From: Andalucia godoyi And28
Taxonomy: Eukaryota > Protista > Jakobida
Assembly (NCBI GenBank): GCA_009859145.1
Contig: VRVR01000003.1
Span: forward strand, 381,315-445,314
Direction of reading: 5' to 3'
DNA length: 64,000 nucleotides
A model generated the notes under the pieces. It was not told where the DNA came from. It did not search any database and saw only the letters and a program-made list of their open reading frames with translations. The position numbers and the translations under genes are program-made. This document shows, piece after piece, positions 11,536-22,206 of the stretch. Position 1 is the first letter of the stretch. Every line of letters begins with the position of its first letter.

Positions 11536-13472
11536 ATGGGCTCGGAAGTCCTAGACGTTCTGTACGAAAACACTGCATTTGCGATCAGGCATTATTTACC
11601 CATACGTATATGCCCTAAATCTCTTCATAGTCTTTTCGTCTTCTTCTTTGGTTCATTGCAGGGGTTGCTGACGAACGCTCCGCGGGGTTTTCTGAGTAAC
11701 ATTTTGTGGTTCACGTATAACCGCAGGATTTCTTCCTCGTCGCTGAGATAAAGACCGGTTCGTTTGACGCAATCGAAGGAGGACGGCACTGACAAATGAA
11801 TGCTGGTTATGAAATTTTCAGGATCCTGAAACATGCGGACAATCAACGGTGTGCAGATTGCGATGCTGCGGAGCCAAGCTGGGCGTCGATCAATCTAGGC
11901 GTTTTTCTGTGCATTCACTGCAGCGGGATCCACAGAGGTCTTGGTGTTCATATTTCACAGGTAAGATCCGTGGATCTTGATAACTGGACTCCAGACGCAG
12001 TTCGCTTCATGGAAGCTGTGGGAAATCGCAAATCAAACATGTATCACGAGTATAACATGCTTCCATTTGAAAAGCCACAGCCGTCGGATCCTCACCCTCT
12101 CAGAGAGCGATTTATTCGTGCAAAGTATGTGTACAAGGAGTTCATTCCGCATTCAGAAAGCGAGGTTTCGAGGAGGATAACGCTGCAGGGTCTCCAAAAG
12201 GTGGAGAAGAAAGGATTCATGGCGAAACAAGGCGGCGGGAATAAGAGCAAGGCGTGGAAGCGAAGGTGGTTTTTCTTGCGGGATAACGTGCTTGCGTACT
12301 ACAAGAGACAAGAAGATTCTTATCCTGCTGGGCGTCTGACAGTAGGACAAGATGTGTCGATTGACTACGTTCCTGAGACGGTTGACCCCACTCGGAAGAC
12401 GACATTCACTGTAACGACGGCGTCACGGACATACTTCATGAGCACGGAAACCACCGCAGATCTTGTCGACTGGATTGTGGTGCTCAGGGCTGCGCAGTTT
12501 ATGCATATGGACAGCTCATCGAAGGACGACTTTGATGCTGATAGCGACTCTGAGGATTCTGCTGGGCAATCTGAGGACCCGAGAGCTTCTCAGGTGCTGG
12601 ATCCCGTCGAAAAGTCTGGGTATCTGACGAAGCGAGGGGGTAATTTCCAGAATTGGAAGAAGCGACACTTCGTGCTTGCTGGTCCAAACCTGTATTATAT
12701 GAAAACACCGTCGTCGTCCGTTCTCGGCTGCATCTCTCTCATGGATGCACAGGTCGAAATCCCAGCGCAGAGTGTTATCAAGAAGGAGAACTGCTTTTCA
12801 ATTATTACTGACAATCGGACGTACTACATCGTCGCGGACAGCAAAGAATCCTTCCGAAGTTGGGTGGATGCCGTCCAGCTGAAATGCAGGTCATTCGAGA
12901 GAAGGAATCGTACACTGTCGCTTGTTCGCAAAAGCATAATGTCGCTGTCGGATGTCATCGCCGATGTGCAGTTGACAGAAAACGATTCTCTTACGTTGCC
13001 GCCGCATGCTTTGGACGAATCTGGTAATCCGTTGTTGGATGGCGCTCGGGCGATTTTGTGGCTTCGCGACCACAGGCAGTATCAGATCGCAGATGATAAG
13101 GAGTTTCTTGCGAGGATTTCTTCTATTCAGGAAACAAAAAGAGAAACGATACGCAGCTCATCACTGTTCAGTACGCGCTCGTTTGTCACCAGTGGACAGT
13201 CCCAGTTTCAATTGCTGCATTCTGAGGCGGGTCATCAGATTGAGTCGTCTTGTGTCCCTATCACGCCTTCCACAGATTCAAAGTTTTTCATGTTACCTGC
13301 CGAATCGGATGAGCCGCTGATGTTCGACAAGGACAGCAGTAGTGATGACGATGACAAATTTATCACGGCCCAGTTGGCGCAGGATGTCGTAGATTCTTCC
13401 CCTACCACCCCGGTGTTCCTCGCAAGCGCCCAAGAAGAGAATGATGACACAAAGGAATTGATAGCAGTGTAA
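11536..13472 (+). CDS. ArfGAP with two PH domains (ADAP/centaurin-alpha-like); proposed exons 11536-11605, 11662-11695, 11822-13472
   Basis: CADC-x16-CIHC zinc finger with the HRGLG arginine finger, and two PH domains (KKGFMAKQGG...WKRRWF; KSGYLTKRGG...WKKRHF). Two GT-AG introns (11606-11661; 11696-11821 with CTGAC branch at 11789-11793) join in frame to give MGSEVLD...RSAGFSEILKHADNQRCADC. The track ATG at 11796 is directly preceded by an in-frame TGA. Confidence 0.88.
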
Positions 13473-13510
13473 ATCAAAAAAAAACACCAACCATTCCTTT
13501 ACATGCGTAT

Positions 13511-16267
13511 TTACATTTTGCCGTACAACGGTCCTCGCTTCTCTGCTTCCGTGAGAGGAATCGATGGCTTGTACGTGACCTTGGAGCGGTCGACATGAAG
13601 ATGCCTCTTAAAGCCGCCATCGTCCTTTGCAGGAGACCCGATCGCCGCTACGAGATCGCTTCGAATCAGCTTCTCAGTCTTGAGCGAATAGTAGTACGGG
13701 ACTCTTGCCGGATCCATGTATGTATTATCGGACTGGTGCATGGAAACTGGAGGAACAATTCGAGCAAGGCTCTGCAATCCTTTCTTCTTGGGCTCGTCGA
13801 GCAAGATGTCCTTGAATTTTCCTGCCGAGCGATACTGGATCTTGAAATCCGGATCATCCACCACAAGCTTTCCCTGCCACGTCAGTACCTCCTTTTCGCG
13901 GTCTTCAAGCAAGTCCTTTGCGTCCGGCAGTTTGAGGCTTGTGAGAGTGGAGTCGAACAGCCCTGGTCTCGAACCTACGAGAGTCGTAAAAGAAGACTTT
14001 TCCTTTCGGAGTCTGGCGCGCTCAGAGTCTACAGGATCAATCCACGGAATGGCAAGTTCCTCGACGCGTGTGCTACTGGGCCTTCTAGGGTGCTTGTTAA
14101 ACTGGGATGGATGCCTTGGCTGACAGGTTGAGAACGTGGAAAGCTCCTGTCTTCGAGTCATTCGCTCATGGTCTTCCATATCCACCGATGGGACCGATGC
14201 GGACAGAAATTCATTGGAATACGTATAATACTTCCCTGATTTGGACCGTGTGCTTACTTCTTCACGCAGCTTCTTCTTTTGCAGTTCCACAGAATTCAAA
14301 CGTTGGCAGCTGTACATGTACACGGGAAAATCCCCTGGAACATCATCCATGTAGCGCGAAGCAGTTGTGCCAGCAAGAGATCGGCTCTGTGCATCCACCC
14401 CCGGAACAGCACCCACGTTTTCTCTGACAAAATTCCTCTTTGCGCGAAGTCGGTCTGATTGCATCCGTTCCCGAATGTAATCGTAATTGGTCGTGTGCAT
14501 TACTGCCGTCGTTGCGTCGCGGAAATCAACCAACTCTACCACCTGGTCTACCCCGCCAACAAACTTTGCTCTGATGAACTTTCGTGTAACAATGTTTAGG
14601 TTTTCCGGAACAGTCGCAATGCGAAACACGACGCCCGTCGATTCATCTTGGAAGGCATTCGGAGAAAGGAACTTACCAGTGGAATCAAACGTGTCGCCCT
14701 CTTGCAAAGCCATCATCCTCTGTACGGCATGATTCGCTGGCGCATTTGCTGCAGACACGGAAACAGCACTTGTCGCTCTTGAACGAGCCTCCGTCACTGT
14801 CGGATACACATCCGCTCCAAGCTTTTTCAGCGTCTTGAAATCATCATCCGAAAGCCAGATATTCTGTGACGTAACTTCATTCATCTTTCTGCATTTCAGC
14901 AACTGCAAAATTTTCAACCGAAGAGAAGAATTCTGAACGTCGGCAAAAAACCGTTGAATCTTGAGTTTTTGGAGGCCCGACTCTCGACCGCCTTCTGCAA
15001 ACTTGAATTCCGAATTGAAAAGAACAACAATATCGTCATTGTCGCCGTTGGAAAGAGCATACACATCTCTGCAAATCTTCTTCAGCGTCTCCACATCCGT
15101 ACACGATACAAAGTTGACGCGAAATTCATCGTCCAGGATCTCGAACCCACACAAAAACTGTTTTTGCGCTCTCGGTTCGGGGGCCATCATCGGCTCGGGA
15201 GGGATATCTGCAGCGACAGCTGGCGCACCTTTTCCACCTTTCGTTGGGGCGGCGGCAGCGGGTTTGGCGGCGGCGGGAGGTTTGGCGGCGGCGGCGGCAG
15301 CGGCAGCGGCAGGAGGTGCTTTGGCACTGCCTTTTGCTGCTGGGGGAGCAACCTCTGAGACAACCGCGATTGGGACTGCTGGTTCAATCAACGGTCGCTT
15401 TTGGAAATCAGACGCTCCAGACTCCAACAGAGACACAATTCTTGTCTCGGAATACGGGCAAATAACAACAGCTCGGTATGCTGGAAGCGGATACACCAAT
15501 GGAGCACTTCCGTGGTAAAAGTCAAACTCGACACGGAGTGCCGTTTGGTGATCTGTAAACTGCGGCACAGGTCCCGCGATCTTTTCTGCATTCTGCACAA
15601 GAAGCACGGGTGCTTCAGAGCGCATTGATCTCGTCAATCCTTTCACATTCGCAGCCGATTCATCTCTTGTTCCCACAACTTGAAACAGGCTCCACAGATC
15701 AAATTTAGAGATGCCCTTGTGTCCGCTATGTGTAAACTGCATCTTGAGCTCAAAGCTCTCAAAATCATGGACCTCCGATCTCTTCACCACAGCGAACCCA
15801 GCAGAACAGTCACAAACGGTCAACGGGTCGCTCTCTCCAAATGGTGGGTTCCTGAGTTTCAAAATGCGATATCGCAGCAAGTCATCCGGAAACTTTGGCA
15901 GCGGTTCCGATAAACTCGCAGAAATAGACAATGTTCTGAAACCCTCAATGCTGAATTGCTTCGAGACATTCACAGACGACTTGAACACAAGATCCGACAT
16001 GTCAAAGTAGATCGAATGAAGGGGCTTCTCAGCAGAATCGGTCAGTTTCACAAGGACAGGAAACAAGAAGACATCGTGCCGAACATCTGAAACCTTCTCA
16101 AATGCAAAAGCCGACAGTTTTAAAGGTTCGGTAGTGATGGCATTCGGCTGTGTCGATCCGCCATCCTTGTACTGCAACACAAACTTTGCGTTTTCCCACT
16201 TTGACGAAGGCGGATTTGGCAATCCAGGAACACCAATATCTGCATTGATGTTCAATGTCAGCAGCAT
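13511..16267 (-). CDS. Large flagella-associated protein, CFAP92/FAP92-like
   Basis: Long ORF; first ATG at 16267 after a T-rich leader. The C-terminal motif VYMYSCQRLNSVELQKKKLREEV...YTYSNEFLS...RVEELAIPW resembles CFAP92 family C-termini as recalled. Has an Ala/Pro/Lys-rich linker. Confidence 0.55.
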   Translation of the reverse strand: MLLTLNINADIGVPGLPNPPSSKWENAKFVLQYKDGGSTQPNAITTEPLKLSAFAFEKVSDVRHDVFLFPVLVKLTDSAEKPLHSIYFDMSDLVFKSSVNVSKQFSIEGFRTLSISASLSEPLPKFPDDLLRYRILKLRNPPFGESDPLTVCDCSAGFAVVKRSEVHDFESFELKMQFTHSGHKGISKFDLWSLFQVVGTRDESAANVKGLTRSMRSEAPVLLVQNAEKIAGPVPQFTDHQTALRVEFDFYHGSAPLVYPLPAYRAVVICPYSETRIVSLLESGASDFQKRPLIEPAVPIAVVSEVAPPAAKGSAKAPPAAAAAAAAAKPPAAAKPAAAAPTKGGKGAPAVAADIPPEPMMAPEPRAQKQFLCGFEILDDEFRVNFVSCTDVETLKKICRDVYALSNGDNDDIVVLFNSEFKFAEGGRESGLQKLKIQRFFADVQNSSLRLKILQLLKCRKMNEVTSQNIWLSDDDFKTLKKLGADVYPTVTEARSRATSAVSVSAANAPANHAVQRMMALQEGDTFDSTGKFLSPNAFQDESTGVVFRIATVPENLNIVTRKFIRAKFVGGVDQVVELVDFRDATTAVMHTTNYDYIRERMQSDRLRAKRNFVRENVGAVPGVDAQSRSLAGTTASRYMDDVPGDFPVYMYSCQRLNSVELQKKKLREEVSTRSKSGKYYTYSNEFLSASVPSVDMEDHERMTRRQELSTFSTCQPRHPSQFNKHPRRPSSTRVEELAIPWIDPVDSERARLRKEKSSFTTLVGSRPGLFDSTLTSLKLPDAKDLLEDREKEVLTWQGKLVVDDPDFKIQYRSAGKFKDILLDEPKKKGLQSLARIVPPVSMHQSDNTYMDPARVPYYYSLKTEKLIRSDLVAAIGSPAKDDGGFKRHLHVDRSKVTYKPSIPLTEAEKRGPLYGKM

Positions 16268-16904
16268 GCCGAAAGACGTGACCCTGCAGCTCGTGGCAAC
16301 GTTCTGTTTCAAAAAACAAAAAAAAACAAAGAAAAAAAACACGAAAAAACCGCCAAACTCCCAAAAAAACACTGCCCAAACCTCGCGGTTCTCTAAATGA
16401 ATATCTGTGACAACTGAATGACTTTGGAGAACCAAAAGAACGATGTAACCTATATAATTAAATTTTAAAAAGAATACGAAGAAAGAGAGAACGAAAAACG
16501 ATCGATGCGTCAGGATTTCAGAGCAGAAGGAAAAAAAAACGTTGAGGGAAAAAAATAACAAGCCGCTGCATCAATGCATCAAGCACAATCCCCCTGCGAG
16601 CCAAAAAAAAAAAAAGAGGATGCATGGTTGGTACTGGCGTTGGAGGACAAGAAACAAATGATTCTGCCCCCGCCAAAAACGGCTTTCGTTTGAGGATCCG
16701 AAGTCCATCATTCAAAAGGTCCAGTGTTCCGAGTTCCCGAGTTGCGTTTTCTGTGAAATTTGTTATTGTTGAGAGGGTTTTTTCGGCATTGTATGATCTG
16801 CAGTGTACGTGAGGTGTGAACAGCAAGTATGTACAAATACACCAGGAAATAGGAATAATAATCGTACCAACTTGTAGCAGTAAGTAGTAAGAAACAGCAG
16901 TAGT

Positions 16905-19787
16905 ATGACGTCGTTACTTGATTTTGAGCTGGAGTCGGTTCTTGGCCAGGGGACGTACGGACGTGTGTACAAGGGATTCCGGAAAAGCGATCATCGGTCG
17001 TGTGTTTTAAAGGAGGTGTCTCTTGATGGACTTTCGCCTCGAGACCGAGAAGATGCATTGAATGAATCGAAGATTCTTGCTCAATGCGACCATTTCAACA
17101 TTGTGAAGTACTTGTCTTCGTTTATCCAGCAGAATGTGTTGTACATTGTCATGGATTTTGCTGGCGGTGGAGATTTGGCTGCGGTGATCAAGACCAGGTA
17201 CACGAAGCCTTCCGAGTCTGCGAACGCAGAAGGGATTGATGAAGATATGGTGTGGAATTATCTGATTCAGGTGTGTCAAGGTCTGAAGTACCTCCACGAC
17301 AAGCGCATTTTGCACCGGGATTTGAAACCCGCAAATGTCTTTTTGGATGAGAATAACAATGTCAAGATTGGTGACATGGGGCTCGGAAGACTCCTTGGCC
17401 CGCATTCGCAATACGCAATGACTGGAGTCGGAACGCCGTTGTACTTTTCGCCCGAGATTTGCATGGACAGACCGTACAACGAAAAGTCTGATATTTGGGC
17501 TCTCGGATGCATCGTGTACGAAATGTGCACCGGGCTGCCGCCGTTCATCGCATCGAACCAAATTGCACTAGCCAAGAAAATCTGCAATGATCCGGTTCCG
17601 CCGATTTCCGGAACGCGATACAGCTCCGAATTACAGTTTTTGGTGTCCAAGATGCTCGAGAAGGACCCTACGAAACGTCCAGATGTCAACCAGGTTTTGG
17701 GATACCATGGTGTCCAGATCCGAATTGAACGCGCTCGGATGAGGCACCGAGAAATCAAGCTTCGAGACCACTATTTGCAGAGGGAAACGCAGCTGAAAGC
17801 CGACTACGAGTCGCGAATTCGTGAACTGGAACGAAAGATTCGAGCGCTTGAAGCAGAAAATGTTACGTTGCGCATGCTGCGAAAGGACGGGGCCCCAAGT
17901 GGCGAGTCGACACCCTCCAGCGGCTCTGCGAGAAGCTCGCCGTCTCCGGCACCAAAACCTCGTGTTCTAGGAAAAACACCATCGACGCCATCGCTGCAGG
18001 ATGACAATCCTATCGCATTCCGGTCCTCGGAACTGCTTTCTGCGCCATCGCCTGTGTTTTTTGCAAAAACTGCTGCCGATGTCTCTGCCGAGCATGAAAA
18101 TCCGTCTCGAAACTCCAACGGTCTCGGCGGCCATCCACCGCCGTCTCATCCTCATCCCCATAATAATGGCCATAATGGTGCCTCTTCAACACCGATTGTT
18201 CCAATTCCGGTTCGTCCTGGAGCCTCAGCACCTGCCGCGCGTGCAGCGTCTCCACACGGTGGGAACAATGCCAAAAGCGATCTCATGACGCCTCCGCAGT
18301 CTCCAAGACCTGTTGTATCGCCCTCCCCTGGTCGCGCGACACCTCGGAAAACCCCGTCCAAGTCGCCATCGAGACCGCGGTCGGCACTTCGGGGTGGAAC
18401 TCCTACGCCAGGGTCGCAAGGGTCGTCTCCTGGCAGCGCATCCAACAAGCGTCTTCCGCTGTTTCCACCGGATTTGTTTGGTCTCTGCTCACCGAGCCTT
18501 GCGGCGAAGCTGCCCGGAATCCCTTCGCTGTTTTCGTGGAGACGGATTGGCTTTGCAGATGTTGCTCCGTCAACATTGATGAACCGTGGTGGCGAGGTGA
18601 GCCTGTCGACGGCAGGCCCTGGACCGAACGCAAATGTGAACAACAATAGCAATAATGGAAGTGTGAATGGAAACAGCAGTGCTCCTCGAGAAATCACACT
18701 AAATAAGTCGGATGATCGAATCGTTATTCAAAAGGTGTGGCAGAACATGGAAAAACGCGTCTTGTTGGCCCCTGCACGGAAGGGCCTGATCATTTTGTTC
18801 AAGGTCAACGAAGCAAACTCACAACGAGTACTTGTCAAATCGGTTCGCGTCTCCGACTCTAGCTCCGAGTGGTTCCGCAAGGTCAAGACCCCGCTGTCCG
18901 TGTTTCCCATCCAGGTGGCACCACGGTGCGTGCCCGGTGCTCGGTATGGCATTATTGTATCCGCAGAGTCTCTTGGAAGCCGATCTGCAACGGAGTCCGA
19001 GTCTCAAGAGACGAGTTTTCCTGCGCCTGTGGACATTTGCGAAGTCATTATTGAATTTTCGCAGCTCAACTCCGTGGATGAGGTTGTGATTTCCGAGTAT
19101 GACGAGTCACTTCGGCAGATGATCGAGCACCCGCAAAGTTGGATGCAGGGCCTGTCTACCATGGGAGCATCATCGGCGGACGATTCTGTTATACGCACTG
19201 CATCCCCGAGTGATGCCGGTCTGAAGCTCCGAACTGCGTCTCCTCAGACTGCCCGCGAGTTTTCGCCGATGTCCAGATCCAAGATGGAGCCCGCCTCTGC
19301 GATCTCCGCAGAAAAAGCACCGCTCGCTCGACCAAAGTCTGCTTCGTCTGTGCGAAGTTCTCCGCAGCCTTCGCCGGCAACTCAGTCCTCCGATCTGATT
19401 TTGCGGAAAGCACAACAGCAGCGAACCGAACATGCGCAGTTTGCGGACGAAGAACGCCGTCGTAAGTTAGGATCCCTTTTCCAGAACCGCAAAGAAGAGC
19501 CTGAAACCCCTCCGCCAGCCCCAAGAGGCAAGGCCACCATTGCAGCAGACGTATCTCCTGCGACTCCTCCTCGTCAGTCGCATCCGGTGTCCGGCGCAGC
19601 TCCTGTTGTTTCTGCTCCCTCGCCATCTGGCTCACCAGTGCATCGTCGTTCTGCAACGGTGTCGTCGTCTGCAGCGACAAGTCCGTCGAAGTCGGAAGAC
19701 CATTCGACACTGCTTCAACGCCTTCGAAACGAGCGCAAGATGAAGGCGTCCCCAGCCAAGTCGACGTCCCACGCTCCAGCCAGCTGA
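16905..19787 (+). CDS. NIMA-related (NEK) Ser/Thr kinase with coiled coil and long Ser/Pro-rich tail
   Basis: GQGTYG, VLKE, HRDLKPANVF, DMG (DFG-equivalent), GTPLYFSPE and KSDIWALGC motifs, followed by a coiled coil (LKADYESRIRELERKIRALEAEN). Confidence 0.92.
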   Translation: MTSLLDFELESVLGQGTYGRVYKGFRKSDHRSCVLKEVSLDGLSPRDREDALNESKILAQCDHFNIVKYLSSFIQQNVLYIVMDFAGGGDLAAVIKTRYTKPSESANAEGIDEDMVWNYLIQVCQGLKYLHDKRILHRDLKPANVFLDENNNVKIGDMGLGRLLGPHSQYAMTGVGTPLYFSPEICMDRPYNEKSDIWALGCIVYEMCTGLPPFIASNQIALAKKICNDPVPPISGTRYSSELQFLVSKMLEKDPTKRPDVNQVLGYHGVQIRIERARMRHREIKLRDHYLQRETQLKADYESRIRELERKIRALEAENVTLRMLRKDGAPSGESTPSSGSARSSPSPAPKPRVLGKTPSTPSLQDDNPIAFRSSELLSAPSPVFFAKTAADVSAEHENPSRNSNGLGGHPPPSHPHPHNNGHNGASSTPIVPIPVRPGASAPAARAASPHGGNNAKSDLMTPPQSPRPVVSPSPGRATPRKTPSKSPSRPRSALRGGTPTPGSQGSSPGSASNKRLPLFPPDLFGLCSPSLAAKLPGIPSLFSWRRIGFADVAPSTLMNRGGEVSLSTAGPGPNANVNNNSNNGSVNGNSSAPREITLNKSDDRIVIQKVWQNMEKRVLLAPARKGLIILFKVNEANSQRVLVKSVRVSDSSSEWFRKVKTPLSVFPIQVAPRCVPGARYGIIVSAESLGSRSATESESQETSFPAPVDICEVIIEFSQLNSVDEVVISEYDESLRQMIEHPQSWMQGLSTMGASSADDSVIRTASPSDAGLKLRTASPQTAREFSPMSRSKMEPASAISAEKAPLARPKSASSVRSSPQPSPATQSSDLILRKAQQQRTEHAQFADEERRRKLGSLFQNRKEEPETPPPAPRGKATIAADVSPATPPRQSHPVSGAAPVVSAPSPSGSPVHRRSATVSSSAATSPSKSEDHSTLLQRLRNERKMKASPAKSTSHAPAS

Positions 19788-20067
19788 TGCTTCCTTTCCT
19801 TCTTCTCCTTATCCCCTTTTGTAAATATATCGAAGTAGCCGTCATTTCTTCTGCTTCCGTCATCTGTGTGTGTTTGCTTGTTTGTTTTATTAATCGTTTA
19901 TTTAAAAAAAGCAATATTCACCTGGTTCTGCATACATATTGTACATCGCGGATCACCAGTCTGTGTGTTCTTCCCTCCTCCGTCAACGGCAAAACAAGGA
20001 CAGATTCGCTGAAATCAATGGAAGACGTCGCTGCATGCTCGAACACAGCGCTGTTTCTCTTCTCTCG

Positions 20068-20745
20068 TTACATGATTGAACACCACCAGTGCACCTCTGC
20101 ACCAGCATCGATTCGTGATCTCTTCGCAGCCGGAGCTGGCGGCTCCGGGGCCTTTGAATCGTCGATACTCTCCAGAGTAATCTCCTTATGCGGTTCCTTG
20201 TCATCATCTCCAAACAGCAGCTTGTCCACCTGCGTCTGGCTCTCTCCGTCGTCTCCAGCAACACTTCCTTCAGTCTCCTCTTCCCCATTCTCTGCATGCT
20301 TCTGTGACCGCACACGGCGCTTCTTGTCCGTGCCCTTTGCTGCAGACGCCGACGCCCCCAAAGGAGCCCCAGTTCCAGCGCTGTCTTCGTCCGTCTCTTC
20401 ACGATCTCGTTTCAGAGCAATCCTGCGAGATCGGCGAGCTGGCGTGTCCGACACGTCCTGGGAAAGCCCAGTTCCGGCACCAGACTCTGCTTCGACAGAC
20501 GACGATGCCTGCGACGCATCCGACCCACGGCGCTTTCTCAGAGACCGGGTTGACCGCGGAGTCTCCATCGCTGCATCGTCATGTCGAGCAGGCGTGGACG
20601 GTGCCATTGTTGTGCGTCTACGCGACCGCACAGATGAAGACTGAGTTCCTGTTTCATTCTCTGAAATCGCAGCATCTTCAGACACTGAGTCGTCTGCAAC
20701 ATCCTCTTTTTGTTGCTTTGGAAGTAACGATTTGCGAGGAGGCAT
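20068..20745 (-). CDS. Hypothetical low-complexity Ser/Arg/Glu-rich protein, likely nuclear
   Basis: 225-codon ORF from ATG (MPPRKSLL) after a T-rich leader, with basic clusters (RKRR, KKRRVR, KRSR). No recognisable domain. Confidence 0.6.
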   Translation of the reverse strand: MPPRKSLLPKQQKEDVADDSVSEDAAISENETGTQSSSVRSRRRTTMAPSTPARHDDAAMETPRSTRSLRKRRGSDASQASSSVEAESGAGTGLSQDVSDTPARRSRRIALKRDREETDEDSAGTGAPLGASASAAKGTDKKRRVRSQKHAENGEEETEGSVAGDDGESQTQVDKLLFGDDDKEPHKEITLESIDDSKAPEPPAPAAKRSRIDAGAEVHWWCSIM

Positions 20746-20780
20746 TCTTGTTTTCGCTGAAGGCTCTGTGTGTGTGTGTG

Positions 20781-20811
<31 letters not shown>

Positions 20812-21270
20812 GTGTCTGCCTATCTTGAAACAGCGCAGCGAAAAACTTTTTAAAAATGGGTTTCAAACCAAAAAATTAATTAAAAAAATAGAAGGAAAAA
20901 AAAAGTTGGGGAAAAAAAATAGGACAAAAATGCAAAGCGGGAAAAGGCATTGCAACGCAAAAGAAAAGAGGCAGTTTTTTTCCAATTGTCAATCGTAGAT
21001 GGAACCGTTGAATAATAACATGTCATTGTCATATATACGAAAGGAAGTATGCATAAACAAAACACGGTCAAAACAGGCCGACACTAGCACGTTTTTTGTT
21101 TCACAGGAATTCGTGCTTACGCACGCTCGGCCAGAATTCAGCCTGCGACACAGGCTCCGCATTTTCGACGCTCTTTAACGCAGCATCCGTAGCCATCTGT
21201 TCTATCATTCGTTGCTTTGGCTTTTTGGTTTCACTTTTTTTAATTCAAATATGGGCGTGAGTGCGCTGGG

Positions 21271-22206
21271 ATGACGCATTCGCCTACGCCTACGCCGCTC
21301 GATACAGGGCCTCCTACGTCCCGCAGACCTCCTAAGAGACCACGTGTCACTACGCCTGCTGCTAGGGCCGTCAGAATCAAAATGCACCCTTCTCAGGAAC
21401 AACGTGTCACGCTCAGAAAGTGGCTCACCGATTGATCGAGATTGGGAACGGAGCGCGGAACATTTATCTGAAGAACGCCGTGAGGCGTGTTGGGGCCGAT
21501 CCCCTTCCGAGCAACGGGATGCAAGACTGAATATGCATGTCTGTTCGTAGATATGCATGTTCAGTGTGTAATGTAGGCGTTTAGTTTGGTTTGTTGTGTT
21601 TTGTTTGGTTTGGTTTGGAATGGAAACTTTGCGATGCTGCGTTGCGCTTGCATTGAACACGAAACATGTCGAATTATTGCAGACAATCCATATTCAGTCT
21701 TGCATCGGAAGCGAATGTGAACTCAATTCAAAGAATAAATAAGTTTAAAATTTTGAAAAACGCTACAACGCGATGTGGACGAAGCATGATCGGAGGCGCT
21801 ATGCGATGGGAAGGATGGACACATGCATCCACAAGGCCCGCTGCTTGGACAGATGGGTGCTGTCTCTGCGACAGCCCGGAGAGTCGGAGCCGGTCATCGC
21901 GTACGGCGCAGCCAAGTTCCAGCTCAACTGGACGAGGAACGTTGGCAGTCCCGACATCGAAGACATTCAAAACATGCGCGCGGCACTTTTGACGGTTTCC
22001 GTGGACGAATTCCGCACAACAAAGTGCTTGCTATGACTGCGGACAAGAAGGTGACCGGGAGGGGCGGTTTGAGATACTGCGAATCCGCCTATCGCACGGC
22101 TCGGCACTGGAAGTCCCGAGACAAGAATGCGGCTCTCAATATTCGACAGTGTCTCATTGGGCCTCGACCTGCACACCTACGCCGCCGCAACGACGGCAAC
22201 CGGTAA
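21271..22206 (+). pseudogene. Degraded Fanzor/TnpB-family RNA-guided nuclease (transposon remnant)
   Basis: N-terminal piece 21271-21435: MTHSPTP...RRPPKRPR...RAVRIKMHPSQEQRVTLRKWL. C-terminal piece 21749-22206, joined across ~4 frameshifts: RYNAMW...RMDTCIHKARCLDRW...VIAYGAAKF/SSTGRGTLAVPTSKTFKTCARHF/LTVSVDEFRTTK/CYDCGQE/VTGRGGLRYCES...KSRDKNAALNIRQCL. These match the RuvC-II (DE..T.K), zinc-finger and RuvC-III (RDxNAAxNI) signatures of Fanzor/TnpB. Confidence 0.85.

Noticed and set aside
21670-21690. RIIADNP as a degenerate RuvC-I (xIxIDPG) motif of the Fanzor
   Set aside because: Lacks the DPG/DxG core and lies in AT-richer sequence unlike the rest of the element; too weak to support.
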